From: Abditibacterium sp.
GTDB taxonomy: Bacteria > Armatimonadota > Abditibacteriia > Abditibacteriales > Abditibacteriaceae
Direction of reading: 5' to 3'
Assembly (NCBI GenBank): GCA_965246885.1
Contig: OZ251992.1
Coordinates: forward strand, 1,248,001-1,312,000
Length of the DNA stretch: 64,000 nucleotides
The position numbers were made by a program, and so were the translations under genes. Below are positions 1 to 10,222 of the stretch, piece by piece. The notes beneath the pieces are model-generated. The model saw nothing but the letters and a program-made list of their open reading frames with translations. It ran no database searches and was not told where the DNA came from. Each line of letters opens with the position of its first letter. Position 1 is the first letter of the stretch.

Positions 1-723
1 TATGCTGTCAAAAGGCACGTAGCTGTTGGAAGCGGGGTTGGAAAACGAGGGGTCAACGCCGAAGTTTTCGTCGTTGGTGGCGCCGGTCGCATCACTGACC
101 GATGTGGTGCGGGTCGCGCCGATTTGGATTTGGACGGGAGTAGCGACTTGCGCGGGGCCGAGGGCGTCCACCGGTTTGACGCGGTTGTCCGCCGGGTCGC
201 GGTTGATGGTATTCGTCGTGACGGCATTAAGGTCGAAGCGGTCGGTGCCAATGGCCGTTCCCGCCGCATTGCGCGGGAAGATGTAGGTCGTGCTGCCCGG
301 CAGTTGGGCGTCGAGGTCAACCGTAAAGTCGAGGCCGTTTGTGGTGGCGCGCGGGGTGAACACGAACAGGCCATTGCTACCAGAAATCTCGCGCTCTGTC
401 GCGGCGTCGGAGGGCGTGGAGCGGTAGAAGACTTGGAAGTTGCCCAAGTGATACAAGATAAGCAAGCGGAAAGTGCCGCCGACCACGCCGTTTTGGATGG
501 GCGTATTGCCTAACAGCGCCGCAGGCCCAACGCCCGCGCCGGTATCATCAAAGGCCACGCCGTAGTAATAGTTCGGGTTGAGGGTGCCCACGAGGGACAA
601 CGTGGTCTCGAAGCGGTTGGCGGTACGAATCGTCGGCCCCCCGGCGGGGCTTTTGGCGCACCCGCCAAGGGTCAGGGACACAAGAGCGGCGGCAAGAGGC
701 GCAAAGAAAAGAGGGCGGCGCAT
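1..723 (-). CDS. Putative lipoprotein, 3'-truncated by the window edge
   Basis: Manual translation from ATG at 723: MRRPLFFAPLAAALVSLTLGGCAKSPAGG... Signal peptide with LGGC lipobox. Absent from the ORF track, consistent with no stop inside the window. Confidence 0.7.
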   Translation of the reverse strand, partial: MRRPLFFAPLAAALVSLTLGGCAKSPAGGPTIRTANRFETTLSLVGTLNPNYYYGVAFDDTGAGVGPAALLGNTPIQNGVVGGTFRLLILYHLGNFQVFYRSTPSDAATEREISGSNGLFVFTPRATTNGLDFTVDLDAQLPGSTTYIFPRNAAGTAIGTDRFDLNAVTTNTINRDPADNRVKPVDALGPAQVATPVQIQIGATRTTSVSDATGATNDENFGVDPSFSNPASNSYVPFDSI

Positions 724-746
724 GGCGGATAGTTTGAGGGGTTGGC

Positions 747-1523
747 TCATATCCGCACCATCACGCTCCACACGACTTGCACCAAGGCGTGGATGAAAAA
801 GGCGGGCACAAACGACTTTTCTCGCCAGCAAATGACGCCCAAGGCGCCGCCACCCAGAAAGCTCGACCAGAACTCAAAGGGCGGCTTGCCCGCGTGCGCG
901 AAGCCGAACATAACGGCGCCGATGATGATGGACGCGGCGGCGCCAATCCCCTGCGCAGCGCCGAACAGCAAAAAGCCGCGAAAGCACCACTCCCAGCAGA
1001 ACATGTAAAACACGAGCGAAGCGAGGACGACGGCCCACTGCCCGATGTTGGTGGTGGGCGGGAGGTAGTCGCTGTAAGCGAGGCGGGTGCTAAGGTCGCG
1101 CGAAGCAAACCACAAGAACGGCGCCATGACGGTTGTCACGGCGAAAGCGAAGAGGGCGTAGCGGCGCCAGTTCTTCCACTTCCAGCCGTACTGCCAGGCG
1201 TTGTTGCGCTCGTTGCGCAGCCAGTCGGGGCGCGTTAAGCCCTGCCCGAAGAACATCCACACGATCAGAAGGGGGATGAGGAAGTTGGAAACAAAGGAAG
1301 TGCCGATCCAGCGCCCCCAGAACTGCGCAGGCGGGAAGTAGGGCGAGCGGTATTGCGCAAACAACAAGACCGCCCCGGTTGCCAAGGCGAACATCGCGCG
1401 GAGCGCGAGTGTAGCAGGAGTTTCGTCGTCTTCCCATGTCGCGCCAACGGGCGCCCGCGCATCGGGGGTGGGCGAGGGCGGCGGGAGCGGCGGGTCGGGT
1501 GGGGTGCCGTTGGATGAGTTCAT
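747..1523 (-). CDS. CPBP (CAAX/Abi-family) intramembrane metalloprotease
   Basis: Multi-TM protein with WEWCFRG (EE..FRG-like), FGFAH and HALV motifs. Start chosen at MNSSNG. Confidence 0.8.
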   Translation of the reverse strand: MNSSNGTPPDPPLPPPSPTPDARAPVGATWEDDETPATLALRAMFALATGAVLLFAQYRSPYFPPAQFWGRWIGTSFVSNFLIPLLIVWMFFGQGLTRPDWLRNERNNAWQYGWKWKNWRRYALFAFAVTTVMAPFLWFASRDLSTRLAYSDYLPPTTNIGQWAVVLASLVFYMFCWEWCFRGFLLFGAAQGIGAAASIIIGAVMFGFAHAGKPPFEFWSSFLGGGALGVICWREKSFVPAFFIHALVQVVWSVMVRI

Positions 1524-1647
1524 GGGGCGGAAAGTGTGACGGAACGCGGCATAACTCTTCCTTGGCATCAAATGCGCGAACATTTTCGCGTAAATCGTGG
1601 GTGACGGGGCGGCTCCGGGAGCGCTAACCTATTTCCGTTTTCTTCCT

Positions 1648-2838
1648 ATGCTTTCCGAACGAATCAACCGTATTGCCCCGTCGCCCACCCTCGCGGTGTC
1701 GGCCAAGTCGAAGGCGATGCGCGCGGCGGGCGAAGACGTGCTCAGCTTCGACGTGGGCGAGCCGGACTTCGACACGCCCCAACACATCAAGGACGCTTGC
1801 ATCGCCGCCCTGCAAGGCGGCGACACCAAATACACCGCCGCCGCCGGAACGCCCAAATTCCGCGCCGCCATCGCCAAAAAGCTGGCCCGCGAGAATGGCT
1901 TGGAGTATGCGCCCGACGACATCGTGGTGTCGAGCGGCGGCAAACATTCTCTGTTTAATATCTTTCAGGCGGTGATCAACCCCGGCGACGAGGTGCTCAT
2001 TCCCGCGCCGTATTGGGTGTCGTATCCCGATCAGGTGTTACTCGCCGACGGCGTGCCGGTCATCCTCCCGACGACCGACAAAGACGGCTTCAAGATTTCA
2101 CCGGAACAGTTGGCGCAGGCGCTGCGCGAGCACCCGCGCGCTAAAGCCATTGTGCTCAACTCGCCCTCCAACCCAACGGGCGCAGTGTATTCGCCGGAGC
2201 ACTTGCGGCGTTTGGCCGAGGTGCTGGACGCTTACCCTCACGTGCTGGTCATCTCCGACGAGATATACGAGCACATGGTGTATGCCCCGAACGAGCAGTG
2301 GAGCATCGCGCGCTTTTCGCCGGAGTTCAAGGCGCGCTGCGTGCTTGTGCAAGGCTTGTCCAAGACGTACTCCATGACCGGCTGGCGCATCGGCTGGACG
2401 GCCTCGACGCCGGAGTTAGCGCGCGCGATGGGTAAGTTACAATCGCAGTCCACCTCGAACCCCACCAGTTTCGCCCAAGCGGGCGGCATCGCGGCGCTCG
2501 AAGGGCCTTTGCCGACGGAGATGTTGCGCGAGTTCGAGCGGCGCGGGCAAATCATGCGCGAACTGCTCAAAGACGTGCCCGGCTTTGAAGTGCCCCGTTC
2601 GGAGGGCGCCTTTTACCTGTTCCCCAAAGTGTCGGGATTGTTCGGGGTGATGGTTGGCAAGAACCGCCAAATCAACAGCGCGAGCGACCTGACCACCTAC
2701 CTGCTGGAAGTCGCCAAAGTCGCCGCCGTTCCCGGCGAAGGCTTTGGCGCGCCCGACCATGTGCGCTTTTCCTACGCCAACTCGCTGGAAAACATCAAGG
2801 AAGGCGTGAACCGGATACTACGGGTGCTGCCAGAGTGA
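1648..2838 (+). CDS. aspC: PLP-dependent class I/II aminotransferase (aspartate aminotransferase-like)
   Basis: GEPDFDTP, NSPSNPTG, SDEIY and SKTYSMTGWRIG (PLP lysine) motifs. Start at MLSERI. Confidence 0.9.
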   Translation: MLSERINRIAPSPTLAVSAKSKAMRAAGEDVLSFDVGEPDFDTPQHIKDACIAALQGGDTKYTAAAGTPKFRAAIAKKLARENGLEYAPDDIVVSSGGKHSLFNIFQAVINPGDEVLIPAPYWVSYPDQVLLADGVPVILPTTDKDGFKISPEQLAQALREHPRAKAIVLNSPSNPTGAVYSPEHLRRLAEVLDAYPHVLVISDEIYEHMVYAPNEQWSIARFSPEFKARCVLVQGLSKTYSMTGWRIGWTASTPELARAMGKLQSQSTSNPTSFAQAGGIAALEGPLPTEMLREFERRGQIMRELLKDVPGFEVPRSEGAFYLFPKVSGLFGVMVGKNRQINSASDLTTYLLEVAKVAAVPGEGFGAPDHVRFSYANSLENIKEGVNRILRVLPE

Positions 2839-2863
2839 GCGTAACTCCCAAGGAACTTAAACC

Positions 2864-3997
2864 ATGAGCGACAAAAAACCTTCCGGTCTCGAAGACGTTG
2901 TAGTGGCGCAGTCGAGCATTTGTTTCATTGACGGCAAGCGCGGCCAACTGGTGTATCGCGGCTACGACATAGACGACCTCGCGCAGCACGCGTCCTTCGA
3001 GGAAACCGCGTGGCTTTTGTGGAACGGCGACTTGCCCACCGCCGCGCAGGGAAGCGAACTCAAGGGTGATTTGGGCGCGGCGATGACTTTCCCCAAGCAC
3101 TTGCTGCCCCTCCTGCGCGAACTCCCCTTTGACGCCAACCCGATGCGCGTTTTGTCGCTCGCCGTCGCCGCTTTGGGTACCCTCGACCCCGACGCCGACT
3201 CGCTCGCGCCCGACGCCAACCGCCGCAAAGCCATCCGCTTGGCGGCGCAACTGCCCCTCATCACGACCGCATGGCATCGCATCCGCAACGGCTATGACCT
3301 GCTCACGCCCGACCCGGCCCGCTCTCTGGCGTGGAACTTTCTCTACTTATTGACGGGCAAGGAGCCGGACGACTACGCCGCCCGCACCTTTGACGCCGCG
3401 CTTATTCTCCACGCCGATCACGAACTGAACGCTTCCACCTTTTCGGCCCGCGTCACCGCCGCGACTCTTTCCGACTTGCACAGCGCTGTTTGCTCGGCCA
3501 TCAATACCCTGAAAGGCCCCTTGCACGGTGGCGCCAATGAAGCGGTCATGAAGATGCTCGAAGAGATTGGCACGCTGGATAACGTGGATCATTATATGGA
3601 GCAATTGCGCGCCAATAAGCAGAAAGTGATGGGCTTCGGGCACCGCGTTTACAAAGCCAAAGACCCGCGCGCCGTTATCTTGGAGCGCATGAGCGAGGAA
3701 CTCGGCAAGCGCGCGGGCGACACCAAATGGTTCGAGATGACGCGGCGCGTCGAGGAGCTTTTCCAGCCGACGGTCATCGAAAAGGGTATCTTCCCCAACG
3801 TGGACTTCTACTCCGCGTCCGCTTATCAAGTGATGGGCATCCCGCGCGACCTGTTCACGCCCATCTTCGCGTGCTCGCGCGTCGTCGGCTGGACGGCGCA
3901 CCTTTTCGAGCAATACGCCAACAACCGTTTGTTCCGCCCGTCGAGCGAATACGTCGGCTCCGTCGGGCGCAAGTGGGCACCCATCGAAGCGCGCTGA
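2864..3997 (+). CDS. gltA: Citrate synthase (short type; 2-methylcitrate synthase not excluded)
   Basis: DHELNASTF, GPLHGGANE, MGFGHRVY and FPNVDFYS motifs. Confidence 0.9.
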   Translation: MSDKKPSGLEDVVVAQSSICFIDGKRGQLVYRGYDIDDLAQHASFEETAWLLWNGDLPTAAQGSELKGDLGAAMTFPKHLLPLLRELPFDANPMRVLSLAVAALGTLDPDADSLAPDANRRKAIRLAAQLPLITTAWHRIRNGYDLLTPDPARSLAWNFLYLLTGKEPDDYAARTFDAALILHADHELNASTFSARVTAATLSDLHSAVCSAINTLKGPLHGGANEAVMKMLEEIGTLDNVDHYMEQLRANKQKVMGFGHRVYKAKDPRAVILERMSEELGKRAGDTKWFEMTRRVEELFQPTVIEKGIFPNVDFYSASAYQVMGIPRDLFTPIFACSRVVGWTAHLFEQYANNRLFRPSSEYVGSVGRKWAPIEAR

Positions 3998-4061
3998 GGT
4001 GCAGGCTACTGCAACCCTCTCACTTGCTACTTTAGCGCGTTTGTGACACACTGCGCGCGTC

Positions 4062-4766
4062 ATGGCTGTTCCCGTTCTTTTGCCAACCAACCTGCGCGAC
4101 GAGGTGTTTGGCGGCGTGCGCTACCACATTGAAGGCGAACTTGTCCCAGTCCTGCAAATCGAGTTGGGGCAGATGCCGATTTACTTCGAACATCACATCC
4201 TGCTTTGGAAAGACCCAGCGGTAGAGATAGGAGTAAAGTCACTCGCGGGCACGTTTAAGCGGGCCTTGGCGGGGATGCCCATCTTTATGACCGAAACGCG
4301 CGGCGCAGGGCGCATCGGTTTCTCGCGCGACGGGGCGGGGCACATCCTGCCCATCCACTTGCGGCAGGGCGACGCGCTGGATGTGCGCGAGCACCAGTTT
4401 TTGGCGGCGACGGCGGCTGTGGATTACACGTTCAACTTCGTGCGCGGCGCGGCGAACGTCTTGTTTGGCGGCGCGGGTTTGTTCATTGATACCTTCACCT
4501 GCCGCGCTCCTGAAGGCATCGTCTGGCTGCACGGCTACGGCAACGTCTTTGAGGTCACGCTTGCGGCGGGCGAGCAAATAGACATCGAACCGGGCGGCTG
4601 GCTTTACAAAGACCCATCGGTGCAAATGACGACGCAACTTCAGAAGCTGGCAACGGGCCTCTTCGCGTCGGCGGGGCAGTTGGTGTGGAACCGCTTTACC
4701 GGGCCGGGACGCATCGGTTTGCAATCGATGTATTACCATCCGCCCGTCGCCAGTGGGTCGGGTTAA
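4062..4766 (+). CDS. AIM24 family protein
   Basis: Sequence pattern typical of AIM24/DUF124 (FEHHILLWKD, LFGGAGLFID, FTGPGRIGLQSM). Confidence 0.75.
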   Translation: MAVPVLLPTNLRDEVFGGVRYHIEGELVPVLQIELGQMPIYFEHHILLWKDPAVEIGVKSLAGTFKRALAGMPIFMTETRGAGRIGFSRDGAGHILPIHLRQGDALDVREHQFLAATAAVDYTFNFVRGAANVLFGGAGLFIDTFTCRAPEGIVWLHGYGNVFEVTLAAGEQIDIEPGGWLYKDPSVQMTTQLQKLATGLFASAGQLVWNRFTGPGRIGLQSMYYHPPVASGSG

Positions 4767-4811
4767 GGGCGCGGCGGCGCCAGAGCGCGCACACTGTTAT
4801 TTAATCCTTTC

Positions 4812-5927
4812 ATGGAAACCGTTTCTCCTCGCTTGTTTGGCCGCACCAAAAAATTGCAAGAGGTGTGCGCGCATCTCTTGGAACGCGCGCACGCTTTGGG
4901 GCCGGGGGCGCAGTTACCCAAGGTCATTCAGTTGCGCACGGAGTTGGGCGTTTCGATGGCCACGCTCGACGCAGCGCTCCGTGAACTCGAAGAGCAGAAA
5001 ATCCTCACGCGCCGTCACGGAATCGGGATTTTCGTGTCGAGCGAACTGCACACGACAGCCATCGCGCTCGTGTGCGATTCCCACTTTTTGCGCGCGGCGG
5101 GCCATTCGCCGTTCTGGGACTTGCTGCTTGAGGCCGCACAACACCGAGCGCGGGCGGGCGGCGAGCGGTTCGAGTTGCACTTGGCGGCGTCGGGCGGCGA
5201 TTTGGGCGCCCCTTTACAGCGTGGCCTGACGCGCGACATCAAAGACCGCGCTCTTGATGGTCTGATCGGCGTCGGTTTGTACGAGGAGGCCGTGCGTTGG
5301 ATCGAAGCGCAGGGGGTGCCGTTTGTTTCCATCTTCGGCCCCACGTTTTCGGCGCGCTCGGCCAGCGTGAACTTCGATAAAGAACGCTTCTTGGCGTTGG
5401 GCATTACGCAACTCGCCGCGCAGGGCTGTAAGCGCGTGGCGCTATGGGAAGTGCAACCTGTCGGGCGCGACGAACGCTTCTTGCAGAACTATGCCGAAGA
5501 AGCGCGCACGTTTGAGCGGTTGGCCCACGAGCAGGGCATGATGGTCACTCCGCCCGCGCCGCTCTCCCCAGAAAGTTCTGCCTCGACATCCCGGCACGAG
5601 CAAAGCGTCTCGTTGGCGGCCCCATTCGCCGCGTCGCGCGCGGATTGGCCCGATGGTGTTTTGATTTCGGATGACGTGTTGGCGCACGCGGCCCTCATGC
5701 AGTTGCGTCAGATGGGAGTTTGCGTGGGAAAGGACGTGCAAATCGTGACGCACGCCAACGCGGGAGGGCAGGTCTTGGCAGGGCATGGCGTTCCACTGAC
5801 GTTGCTGGAATACCACCCCTCCGAAACGGTCGAAGCCGCTTTTAGCGCGCTCGAAGCACTGCTACGCACCGGCCAACCCGTTGCCAGTGTTCTGTTGGAA
5901 CCGCGCGTGCGTCTTGTGTCGGGGTGA
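4812..5927 (+). CDS. GntR-family HTH regulator with LacI-type sugar-binding domain
   Basis: N-terminal wHTH (LPKVIQLRTELGVSMATLDAAL...RRHGIGIFV). C-terminal PDGVLISDD...GKDVQIVTH. Confidence 0.85.
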   Translation: METVSPRLFGRTKKLQEVCAHLLERAHALGPGAQLPKVIQLRTELGVSMATLDAALRELEEQKILTRRHGIGIFVSSELHTTAIALVCDSHFLRAAGHSPFWDLLLEAAQHRARAGGERFELHLAASGGDLGAPLQRGLTRDIKDRALDGLIGVGLYEEAVRWIEAQGVPFVSIFGPTFSARSASVNFDKERFLALGITQLAAQGCKRVALWEVQPVGRDERFLQNYAEEARTFERLAHEQGMMVTPPAPLSPESSASTSRHEQSVSLAAPFAASRADWPDGVLISDDVLAHAALMQLRQMGVCVGKDVQIVTHANAGGQVLAGHGVPLTLLEYHPSETVEAAFSALEALLRTGQPVASVLLEPRVRLVSG

Positions 5928-6002
5928 ATGGCCGGGCGCCTTTCCAACACGACTTCTCCAAAAAGCGGTATACCGAAAGCAGATAGATCGTTTGTATTCG
6001 CT

Positions 6003-6875
6003 ATGACTTCTCTTCGCCGCGTCGCGCTTTCATTGGGGTTGGTCGCCGCTTGCGGCGGCGCGCTCGTGTTTTCGTTGTCCAAGGCTTCGGGGGCGCCCAA
6101 GAAAGTGGGCGCCGCCAAGACTCCCACTCCCAAAGCCAGAAAACCCGTAAAGGCCAAAGCGCCCGTCATCGTAACTGTGTCCGCTCCATCTGGGACACCC
6201 GCCCCGACTGGCACACCCAACCCGACGCTCAAGCAGACCATCGGCATCTCGCCTGTGCAAACCGGAACGCAGCCACTCATCGTGCTTGGCGGTTTGGGGG
6301 ACGGCAACAACTCCTACGACTTGCAGAACGAGGTCGTGTATTCGCTCCTTCGGCAAAGTGGCGTGCCCATCCCCAATGTCCTGCACCCGTTTTCGACGGC
6401 GAAGCCATCATTTGTCGTCGAACATTTGATCGTTTACTCGCTCACGGGTGGCAACAGTAATTCGAGCGCCCCGGCCACGCCCGCCACCCCTGTGCAGGGC
6501 GCGGTGCCCGGTGCGCCCGGCGCACCGGGAGGGGTAGGAACCAACGCGCCTGCTGCGCCCAAACCCTATACCGATGCTGAGCGCACCGTCATGGCGGTGG
6601 GCCGTGTCGTGGACGCCGAGATTTCGCGCGGGTCGGGCCGCATTGGAGGCGCGCACCTACAAAAGCTGCGCTTGCTCCGCTCCGCCATTAGTTCGCTCGA
6701 AGCGGCCAACCGTTTGGCTTCTGGTGCGGGCGCGACTCCCTCGGCGGGTGGGCGCCCCGGTGCGGCGGGTGGCGGAAACAGCAACACGTCGAAAACCGAC
6801 CCGCGCGAGTATCTCTACGGCCAAGCTCGCCTCACTTCGCGCCGCGCCGACCGCTACGCGCCGACCGGCCTTTAG
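6003..6875 (+). CDS. Hypothetical exported protein, Pro/Ala/Gly-rich
   Basis: N-terminal hydrophobic signal or anchor (MTSLRRVALSLGLVAACGGALVF). Stop overlaps the next gene's start. Confidence 0.6.
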   Translation: MTSLRRVALSLGLVAACGGALVFSLSKASGAPKKVGAAKTPTPKARKPVKAKAPVIVTVSAPSGTPAPTGTPNPTLKQTIGISPVQTGTQPLIVLGGLGDGNNSYDLQNEVVYSLLRQSGVPIPNVLHPFSTAKPSFVVEHLIVYSLTGGNSNSSAPATPATPVQGAVPGAPGAPGGVGTNAPAAPKPYTDAERTVMAVGRVVDAEISRGSGRIGGAHLQKLRLLRSAISSLEAANRLASGAGATPSAGGRPGAAGGGNSNTSKTDPREYLYGQARLTSRRADRYAPTGL

Positions 6876-8077
6876 TGGACGACTTCCCCCTCCAATTGTC
6901 CGATGTCGTCGCCGCCGCGCGCCGCATCGAGGGCGGCGTCAAGCGCACGCCGTGCCGTCACACGGGTGCGCTCGGTCTCGACCTTTATCTCAAGTTCGAC
7001 AACCGCCAAGAAACCCACGCCTTCAAAGAACGCGGCGCGCTCAACAAGCTGCTCTGCCTGAGCGACGACGAGCGCAGTCGCGGCGTGGTGTGCGCGAGTG
7101 CGGGCAATCACGCCCAAGCCGTCGCGCGCCATGCCGGACGATTGGGCATCGAAGCCACCATCGTGATGCCCGTCGGCACGCCTTGGAACAAAGTCGCAAA
7201 CACCGCCAAATGGGGCGCGCGCGTCCTGTCCGAAGGCGCCCACTTCGACGATGCCCAGCGCTTCGCCCTCGACATGGCCGCGCGCAACGGCTTGGTCTGG
7301 GTATCGCCCTTTGACGACGCTCTCGTTATGGCCGGACAGGGCACCCTCGCCCTCGAAATGCTCGCCGATTTCCCAGCCATTGACACCCTCGTTGTGCCCA
7401 TCGGTGGCGGCGGTCTCATCTCCGGTTGTGCCGTCGCCGCCCGTGCCCTCAACCCCGACATCGAGATCATCGGCGTGCAATCGGAACTCTTCCCGGCCAT
7501 GAAGTGCGCTCTCGAAGGCGTGCCGGTTCCCCCATTTCGCGGTCGCTCGGTCGCCGAAGGCATCGCCGTTAAGGAACCGGGCGTCCTCACGCGCCAAATC
7601 GTCGCGCGGCTCGTTGACCGCATCGAACTGGTCAGCGAAACGCAAATCGAGGACGCCATCAACTGGCTGCTCGAAGAAGAGAAAACTCTCGCCGAAGGCG
7701 CGGGCGCGGCGGCTCTGGCGCTTGTGTTGGCGCACCCCGAACACTTCGCAGGCAAGCACATCGGTATCCCCATCTGCGGCGGCAACCTCGACTTGCGCCT
7801 ACTTGCCACCTGCCTGATGCGCGGTTTGGCGCGCTCCAGCCGCATTGTCGCGCTCACCATTTTGCTGGACGACGTGCCCGGCGGCCTCGCCCGCTCCGCG
7901 TCCGCCATCGCCGACGCAGGTGGCAACGTCATCGAAGTCCAGCACCAACGGCACTTTGGCGAAGTGACGGGCGCGCAGGTCGAACTCCACATCACTGTCG
8001 AAACCCAAGACGCCGCGCACGTCGAGCGCATCCTGACGGAACTGCGCGAACGCGGTTTGAACGTCCTCTTAAACTGA
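6875..8077 (+). CDS. ilvA: Threonine ammonia-lyase (PLP) with a single C-terminal ACT domain
   Basis: AFKERGA, SAGNHAQ, PIGGGGL and ICGGN motifs. ACT-like LDDVPGGLA. Confidence 0.88.
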   Translation: MDDFPLQLSDVVAAARRIEGGVKRTPCRHTGALGLDLYLKFDNRQETHAFKERGALNKLLCLSDDERSRGVVCASAGNHAQAVARHAGRLGIEATIVMPVGTPWNKVANTAKWGARVLSEGAHFDDAQRFALDMAARNGLVWVSPFDDALVMAGQGTLALEMLADFPAIDTLVVPIGGGGLISGCAVAARALNPDIEIIGVQSELFPAMKCALEGVPVPPFRGRSVAEGIAVKEPGVLTRQIVARLVDRIELVSETQIEDAINWLLEEEKTLAEGAGAAALALVLAHPEHFAGKHIGIPICGGNLDLRLLATCLMRGLARSSRIVALTILLDDVPGGLARSASAIADAGGNVIEVQHQRHFGEVTGAQVELHITVETQDAAHVERILTELRERGLNVLLN

Positions 8078-8100
8078 CGGGGCGAGAACTCGCCCCGTCA
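8075..8100. terminator. Hairpin between convergent genes
   Basis: TGACGGGGCGAG-AA-CTCGCCCCGTCA. The arms include both stop codons. Confidence 0.5.
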
Positions 8101-9588
8101 CAAGCTGCCGCGACTTTTCATTTCCAAGTAGCGGTTCACCGTTGCGACCGACAGTTGCGAGGGTTGCGCGTCCACGATGCCTACGCCCGCGCCTCGGAGC
8201 GCCTCCAAAGCCGCGCCGCGTTGGGCGAGGAGGCGCTGCGCCATCGCTTTGTCGTAGAGGTCGCTGCTCGTGCGCGGAAAGGACGCGGCCAAGTCGAGCA
8301 CGTCCAAGTTTGAGATGGAAACGCACAGCGCGTTGTGATGGCGGCGCAGCGTGGCGCTGCCTTGGAGCAGTTCGCGCGAGGCTTCGGGGTCGATGATGTC
8401 GGTGAAAGTAATGACCAGCGAGCGCCGGAGCTTGCGCGCGAGGATGTGTTCATACGCGACGTTGTAATCGGGTTCGACAAGTGAGGGTTGCACGCCATAC
8501 AGCGCCTCGATAATTGCCCCGGTTTGCACGCGCCCCTTGCGCGGCGCGAGGTAGTTCAACACGCCATCGGCAAAGAGCAATAAGCCAACGGAATCGCCCA
8601 TGCTCGCCGCGACGTGCGCGAGCAAGACCGAAGTGTTGATGGCGCAGTCCAGCTTGGAAAGCGGCACGCTCGCTTGCTCGTCCTTGTCGCGCGACAGGGC
8701 GAGCGAGGTCATCATGCGCCCGCAGTCAATGCAGATGAGGATGGTCTGGTCGCGCTCGATTTCGTAGTTGGTGGCGATGAGCTTTCCGCGCCGCGCCGAC
8801 GCTTTCCAGTTGATGGACTTGAACTCGTCATCCGTCGTGTAGTCGCGTAGCGACTCGAACTCCGTGCCGCGCCCGCGCAGTCGCAGCAAGTGTAAGCCGA
8901 TGTCGCGCATTTTGCCTTCGCGTAGCGCAATCTCGTAGCGGCGCACCGCGCTCGTGTCGGGGTAAACGCGCATCTCGCCCGCCGCCGCCGCCTTCCACTG
9001 CCGGTGCCAAAACCCCAAGCCGGAGGTTGTGCGGGCGTGCAAATCGCCAAAGCGGAAGTCGCCGCGCCGGTTGGGAAGCAATTGATACGTCGCTTCGGCT
9101 TCGCGCCCAGCTTCGACGCGCATCTCGAAGCGCGGCAGTTCGGGCAGGGGCACCCCGCCATGAAAGCGCGCCGGGGCGCCCGTCGAAACGCCGAACTCCC
9201 CCGGCACTTCGTCGCGCACCGTCATTTGAACCGGCAACTTCGCCCGACTCCGCACGCGCAAACTCACGCGGTTGGCCGCCCCCAAGTTCATTTTCGGGTC
9301 GAACGCGCGCTCCAATTCAAAGTCCGATGGCTTCGCCGACAGCGCCAAATCAAGCGCCGCGACCGCTAACAGCGCCACGTCTGCCGCTAACGTCAAAGCG
9401 GAGAAAGCCGGTAGGAACGCCGCCATCACCCATCCCAGCGCCGCCACCCCGAAGAACACCAGCAACCGCGTTGACGGCAAGACGGACGCCCCCCATGCGT
9501 TCGCCGCCGTCCGCCACCGCGTAACGGGAGACGGCGCTTTCACGCGCGACGCGCGGGGCGGGGAGGAGAGGGAGGCCGGAGCTTGCAC
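8098..9588 (-). CDS. DUF58 family (vWA-like, MoxR-associated) membrane protein
   Basis: GRGTEFESLRDY, INWKASARR and IDCGRMM motifs; two N-terminal TM helices. GTG start at 9588 preferred because TAAAAT lies 7 nt upstream. Confidence 0.85.
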   Translation of the reverse strand: MQAPASLSSPPRASRVKAPSPVTRWRTAANAWGASVLPSTRLLVFFGVAALGWVMAAFLPAFSALTLAADVALLAVAALDLALSAKPSDFELERAFDPKMNLGAANRVSLRVRSRAKLPVQMTVRDEVPGEFGVSTGAPARFHGGVPLPELPRFEMRVEAGREAEATYQLLPNRRGDFRFGDLHARTTSGLGFWHRQWKAAAAGEMRVYPDTSAVRRYEIALREGKMRDIGLHLLRLRGRGTEFESLRDYTTDDEFKSINWKASARRGKLIATNYEIERDQTILICIDCGRMMTSLALSRDKDEQASVPLSKLDCAINTSVLLAHVAASMGDSVGLLLFADGVLNYLAPRKGRVQTGAIIEALYGVQPSLVEPDYNVAYEHILARKLRRSLVITFTDIIDPEASRELLQGSATLRRHHNALCVSISNLDVLDLAASFPRTSSDLYDKAMAQRLLAQRGAALEALRGAGVGIVDAQPSQLSVATVNRYLEMKSRGSL

Positions 9589-9670
9589 GCCCTTCATTTT
9601 AACGCGCGCCGGGGTGAAGCGGCACGTCGTTTGCGTTTACGCGGGCCGTCAACAGGAGACAACAACTACA

Positions 9671-10168
9671 ATGGCAGCAGTCAGCAAAGAGATCATCGTC
9701 AACGCGCCCATCGGCGACGTGTTCGGGTTTTGGAAGAACTTCGAGAACTTCCCGCGTTTCATGGAAAACATAGACGCCATCCACGTCATCGGGCCGGAGC
9801 TTACTCACTGGAAGATGAAAGGGCCGCTCGGCGTGCCCGTCGAATGGGATGCCAAGACGACCTACATCGAAGAAAACAAGAAAATCTCGTGGCAGTCCAC
9901 GACCGGCACCATCGAGAATCACGGCTCCGTCGTCTTCGAGAGCCTCAACGACAACACCACTAAGGTTACTGTCGGCCTCGAATACAAGCCGCCCGCCGGA
10001 GCCATCGGCGAAGCCGTCGCTAAACTGCTCAACGACCCCGAAAAGCAGTTGGAGACCGACCTGCTCAACTTCAAGCGCGTCGCCCAAGAAGACGGCGGCC
10101 TCAAAGACCACGCCACCGCCACGAGCGCAACCGGTGAAAAAGGCGCTGACCACACCGCCCAAGCGTAG
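9671..10168 (+). CDS. SRPBCC (polyketide cyclase-like) family protein
   Basis: WKNFENFPRFM, THWKMKGPLG..EWDA, YKPPAG motifs. AGGAG Shine-Dalgarno upstream. Confidence 0.85.
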   Translation: MAAVSKEIIVNAPIGDVFGFWKNFENFPRFMENIDAIHVIGPELTHWKMKGPLGVPVEWDAKTTYIEENKKISWQSTTGTIENHGSVVFESLNDNTTKVTVGLEYKPPAGAIGEAVAKLLNDPEKQLETDLLNFKRVAQEDGGLKDHATATSATGEKGADHTAQA

Positions 10169-10178
10169 TCGGACAACA

Positions 10179-10214
10179 CCAAACGCCCCGCGAATAGCTT
10201 CGCGGGGCGTTTGG
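10179..10214. terminator. Bidirectional intrinsic terminator
   Basis: CCAAACGCCCCGCGAA-TAGC-TTCGCGGGGCGTTTGG between convergent genes. Confidence 0.75.
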
Positions 10215-10222
10215 TTTAGGAG

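Noticed and set aside
8098..9588. MoxR-DUF58-vWA operon
   Set aside because: No MoxR ATPase is adjacent and the vWA gene 52 kb away is in an unrelated context.
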